64,000 nucleotides of DNA from positions 37,994 to 101,993 of the forward strand of contig JAISAB010000001.1 in NCBI GenBank assembly GCA_031266915.1, written 5' to 3'. This DNA comes from Rickettsiales bacterium. GTDB taxonomy: Bacteria > Pseudomonadota > Alphaproteobacteria > Rs-D84. The notes below the pieces were generated by a model. That model saw only the letters and a list, made by a program, of their open reading frames with translations, was not told where the DNA came from and did no database searches. Within the stretch, counting starts at the first letter, position 1, and every line of letters begins with the position of its first letter. A program made the translations under genes and the position numbers. Below are positions 61,669 to 64,000 of the stretch, piece by piece.

Positions 61669-62803
61669 TTGGAAAATATGCCAGTTCCGACTGATAAACA
61701 GACTGTATATTACGACAGTGGCAGTAAAGATGGCCTGTGTGTCATCGTGACATATGGTGGGGCAAAGACTTATTATGCTTACATGAAGTTCCAAGGTGTC
61801 CCAAAACGTATCAAAATTGGTCGTATGGGACAAATTAAACTGATCAAAGCACGCGAAATTGCACATAGCCTTAAAGAACATCAACCCTTGGCTAAGATCC
61901 CAGCGCAAAGCGTAAAGAAGATTTAAAAGACATAACATTAAAGCAGTTTTACGAAACGGCTTATAAACCGGAGTATTCTTTGTTGTACAAAAAGTCGGGG
62001 TCAGTGGCAAATGATGACAGTTTGTTTAATCACAGGCTGAAAGATTTTTAAAACAGGCGGTTATTAAGCATAAAATCGGAGGAGATTGAAAAACTACATA
62101 ATAAAACAAAGAAAGAGTTATCTCCATACACAGCAAATCGCGTTTTGTCATTGATAAAACATGTTTATGTAATTGCTATAAAGCACGGCCACATCCGCAG
62201 AGATGCAAATCCGGCAGAATTAATCCGTAAATTTCCAGAGGCTAGCCGCGATCGATTCTTAAAATCAGATGAAATGAAACGATTTTTTGATGCGCTTACG
62301 GTCGAAGATAACCCAGTGTTTAAAAACTATATATTATTGTCGTTGTTTACAGGTCAACGCCGCAATAATGTGTTGACGATGCGCTGGGATAACATAGACC
62401 TTAAGAATGTTTTATTTACTTTCCTGACTCCAAGAATGGCGAACCGCCGCAAGTTCCCATGACAACACAGGTAAAAGAACTGCTGGGATCAATGGAACAC
62501 GATTCTGACAGCGAATGGGTATTGCCAAGCAAAAAGTCCGCTAGCGGACACCTTGAAGACCCAAAACGTCCATGGCAAGATCTGTTGGCGCGCGCCGGTA
62601 TAGAAAACCTGCGCCTACATGATTTACGGCGCACACAGGGCAGCTATCAGGCTATTACTGGTTCCAGCTTACATATCATCGGAAAGTCCCTAGGACATAA
62701 ATCGCCCAGCGCAACAGAGTTGTATTCTAGACTAACCACCGATCCAATCCGCGAATCTATGCAACGCGCTACTGATAAAATGTTAGAGTTTACGGAAGGC
62801 TAA
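61669..62803 (+). pseudogene. Frameshifted/interrupted P4-type tyrosine integrase
   Basis: Three collinear fragments: N-terminal arm-binding (DUF4102-like, 61669-61926), core-binding (62145-62462), catalytic (62459-62803; HDLRRT ... ELYSRL). The 61927-62144 gap translates as integrase in another frame. Confidence 0.7.
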
Positions 62804-63010
62804 CAATTATTAAGGCAGGCTATATTATGTATTAAATTACTCGAAGTAGTTGATATCTGATAAGAAGATGATAAACTTCATGCAAAAATGAAGGAATGGC
62901 AAATGGCAGTTCGTATTGATATAAATAATAACAGCGAGGCTTTGGACTATGATTTAAGGAAGTATTTTCAATCTGGTAAGCTCAACTTTCTAATTGGATA
63001 AGGCGCATCT

Positions 63011-63967
63011 ATGCCGGCCATATCAGCAGGTGGCAATATAGAAAATGAATTAAAAGAGTTGGCAAGCGACCCTGAGCAGAGCAATGAATACGAGAAAAAA
63101 CTCTATGGATTTTTGGCTGGGGTTCAGAAAGCCCAAAACGATATTATAGCGGGAAGTTTTATTGATGGCGCAGGAGCAAACAATACGGGTAATACGCTAT
63201 CAAATTATGAGAAATTTATAACTACCATCGTATCACTTTTACTGGCCAGGAATAACCCTATCATTCTAAAGCGAATGAACATATTTTCGACAAATTATGA
63301 TATGTTTATTGAGAAGGCTGTTGAAGAAGTTTCGCCACTACATGTAAATGACGGTTTTGTTGGGAGTTGTAGAATTGATGCGAAATTTCCATTCTCGACG
63401 CACACATTTTCTAATTGTATGCATAATGCCGGAGATTATTACAAAACATATATACCGACAATCAACATAATAAAATTACACGGTTCATTGTCATGGCAAT
63501 CGAATGAGGTGGGTAAAATTTTCTTTGGTAATAATTCGTTACCAGAACTTTCGAATGATGACATTAATGATTTAGACACATTGAAAGAACGTAATAAAAA
63601 GTACAGCAATATAATTATTCCAACTTTGAAAAAATTTGAAGATACTGTCCTTATGCAAACATATTACGATTTACTACGGATATATTCAAACGAGCTAGAT
63701 AAAGAGAATAGCGTTATGTTTGTATTTGGTTTTTCATTCAATGATGAACGCATTTTAGAGATCACAAAACGGGCATTAAAAAACACTACTCTTGAAGTCA
63801 TCATCTTTGCTTATGGCGCTGCTGAAGTTGCAGATTTTGAAAGAAAGTTTACTGGGTTTCAAAATGTGAAAATTGTTTATGATTCAGCAAATGATGCAAA
63901 TATTAGTTTTGAGCGGTTGAACTCAATCTTTTCAGATATAAAACCAGCAGAAGGCCAAGATGTCTAA
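63011..63967 (+). CDS. SIR2-like (SIR2_2 family) protein, probable NAD+-depleting defense effector
   Basis: 318 aa; DGAGAN, IFSTNYDMFIE, IIKLHGSLSW, FVFGFSFNDERI match ThsA/DSR-type SIR2 motifs (GAGxS, TTNYD..LE, KLHGS, hFIGYSxxD). Confidence 0.65.
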   Translation: MPAISAGGNIENELKELASDPEQSNEYEKKLYGFLAGVQKAQNDIIAGSFIDGAGANNTGNTLSNYEKFITTIVSLLLARNNPIILKRMNIFSTNYDMFIEKAVEEVSPLHVNDGFVGSCRIDAKFPFSTHTFSNCMHNAGDYYKTYIPTINIIKLHGSLSWQSNEVGKIFFGNNSLPELSNDDINDLDTLKERNKKYSNIIIPTLKKFEDTVLMQTYYDLLRIYSNELDKENSVMFVFGFSFNDERILEITKRALKNTTLEVIIFAYGAAEVADFERKFTGFQNVKIVYDSANDANISFERLNSIFSDIKPAEGQDV

Positions 63968-64000
63968 TTTGGAAAAAATTGTTCAGCAAAACACAATCCT
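63960..64000 (+). CDS. Partial gene (MSNLEKIVQQNTI...) overlapping the SIR2 stop by 8 nt; truncated by the window edge
   Basis: ATG at 63960 in the +1 frame relative to the SIR2 stop; translational coupling implied. Confidence 0.3.
   Translation, partial: MSNLEKIVQQNTI

Overview
This is a gene-dense bacterial chromosomal segment with high-GC genes (~60%) and AT-rich spacers. Gene content points to an alphaproteobacterium-like, probably host-associated organism: an rsmG-parA-parB cluster near mnmG, type-2 IleS, VirB3/VirB4 type IV secretion genes, and a TolC-MacA-MacB efflux operon. I call about 50 CDS, mostly housekeeping (mreB, xseB, mutS, truB, rpsO, recF, metG, queH, fabD/fabG, mnmG, ileS, nth, pheST, rplT/rpmI, mreCD-mrdA-rodA, topA, dnaG, ychF), and four tRNAs (Cys-GCA, Val-GAC, Val-CAC, Thr-CGT). 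Three things stand out. (1) At least a dozen families of short palindromic or dispersed repeats fill nearly every spacer, and several are inserted in-frame inside essential genes (mutS, truB, queH, ileS, nth), resembling Rickettsia palindromic elements. (2) Small AT-rich selfish genes are spliced into operons: an ORF6N gene and a four-helix-bundle gene inside the macAB operon, and a second four-helix-bundle gene between parA and parB. (3) A terminal AT-rich island of about 7 kb (57.0-64.0 kb) carries an MmeI-like Type IIG R-M enzyme, a HEPN-motif protein, a frameshifted P4-type integrase, and a SIR2-like defense gene overlapping a partner gene cut by the window edge. No rRNA genes or CRISPR arrays were found.
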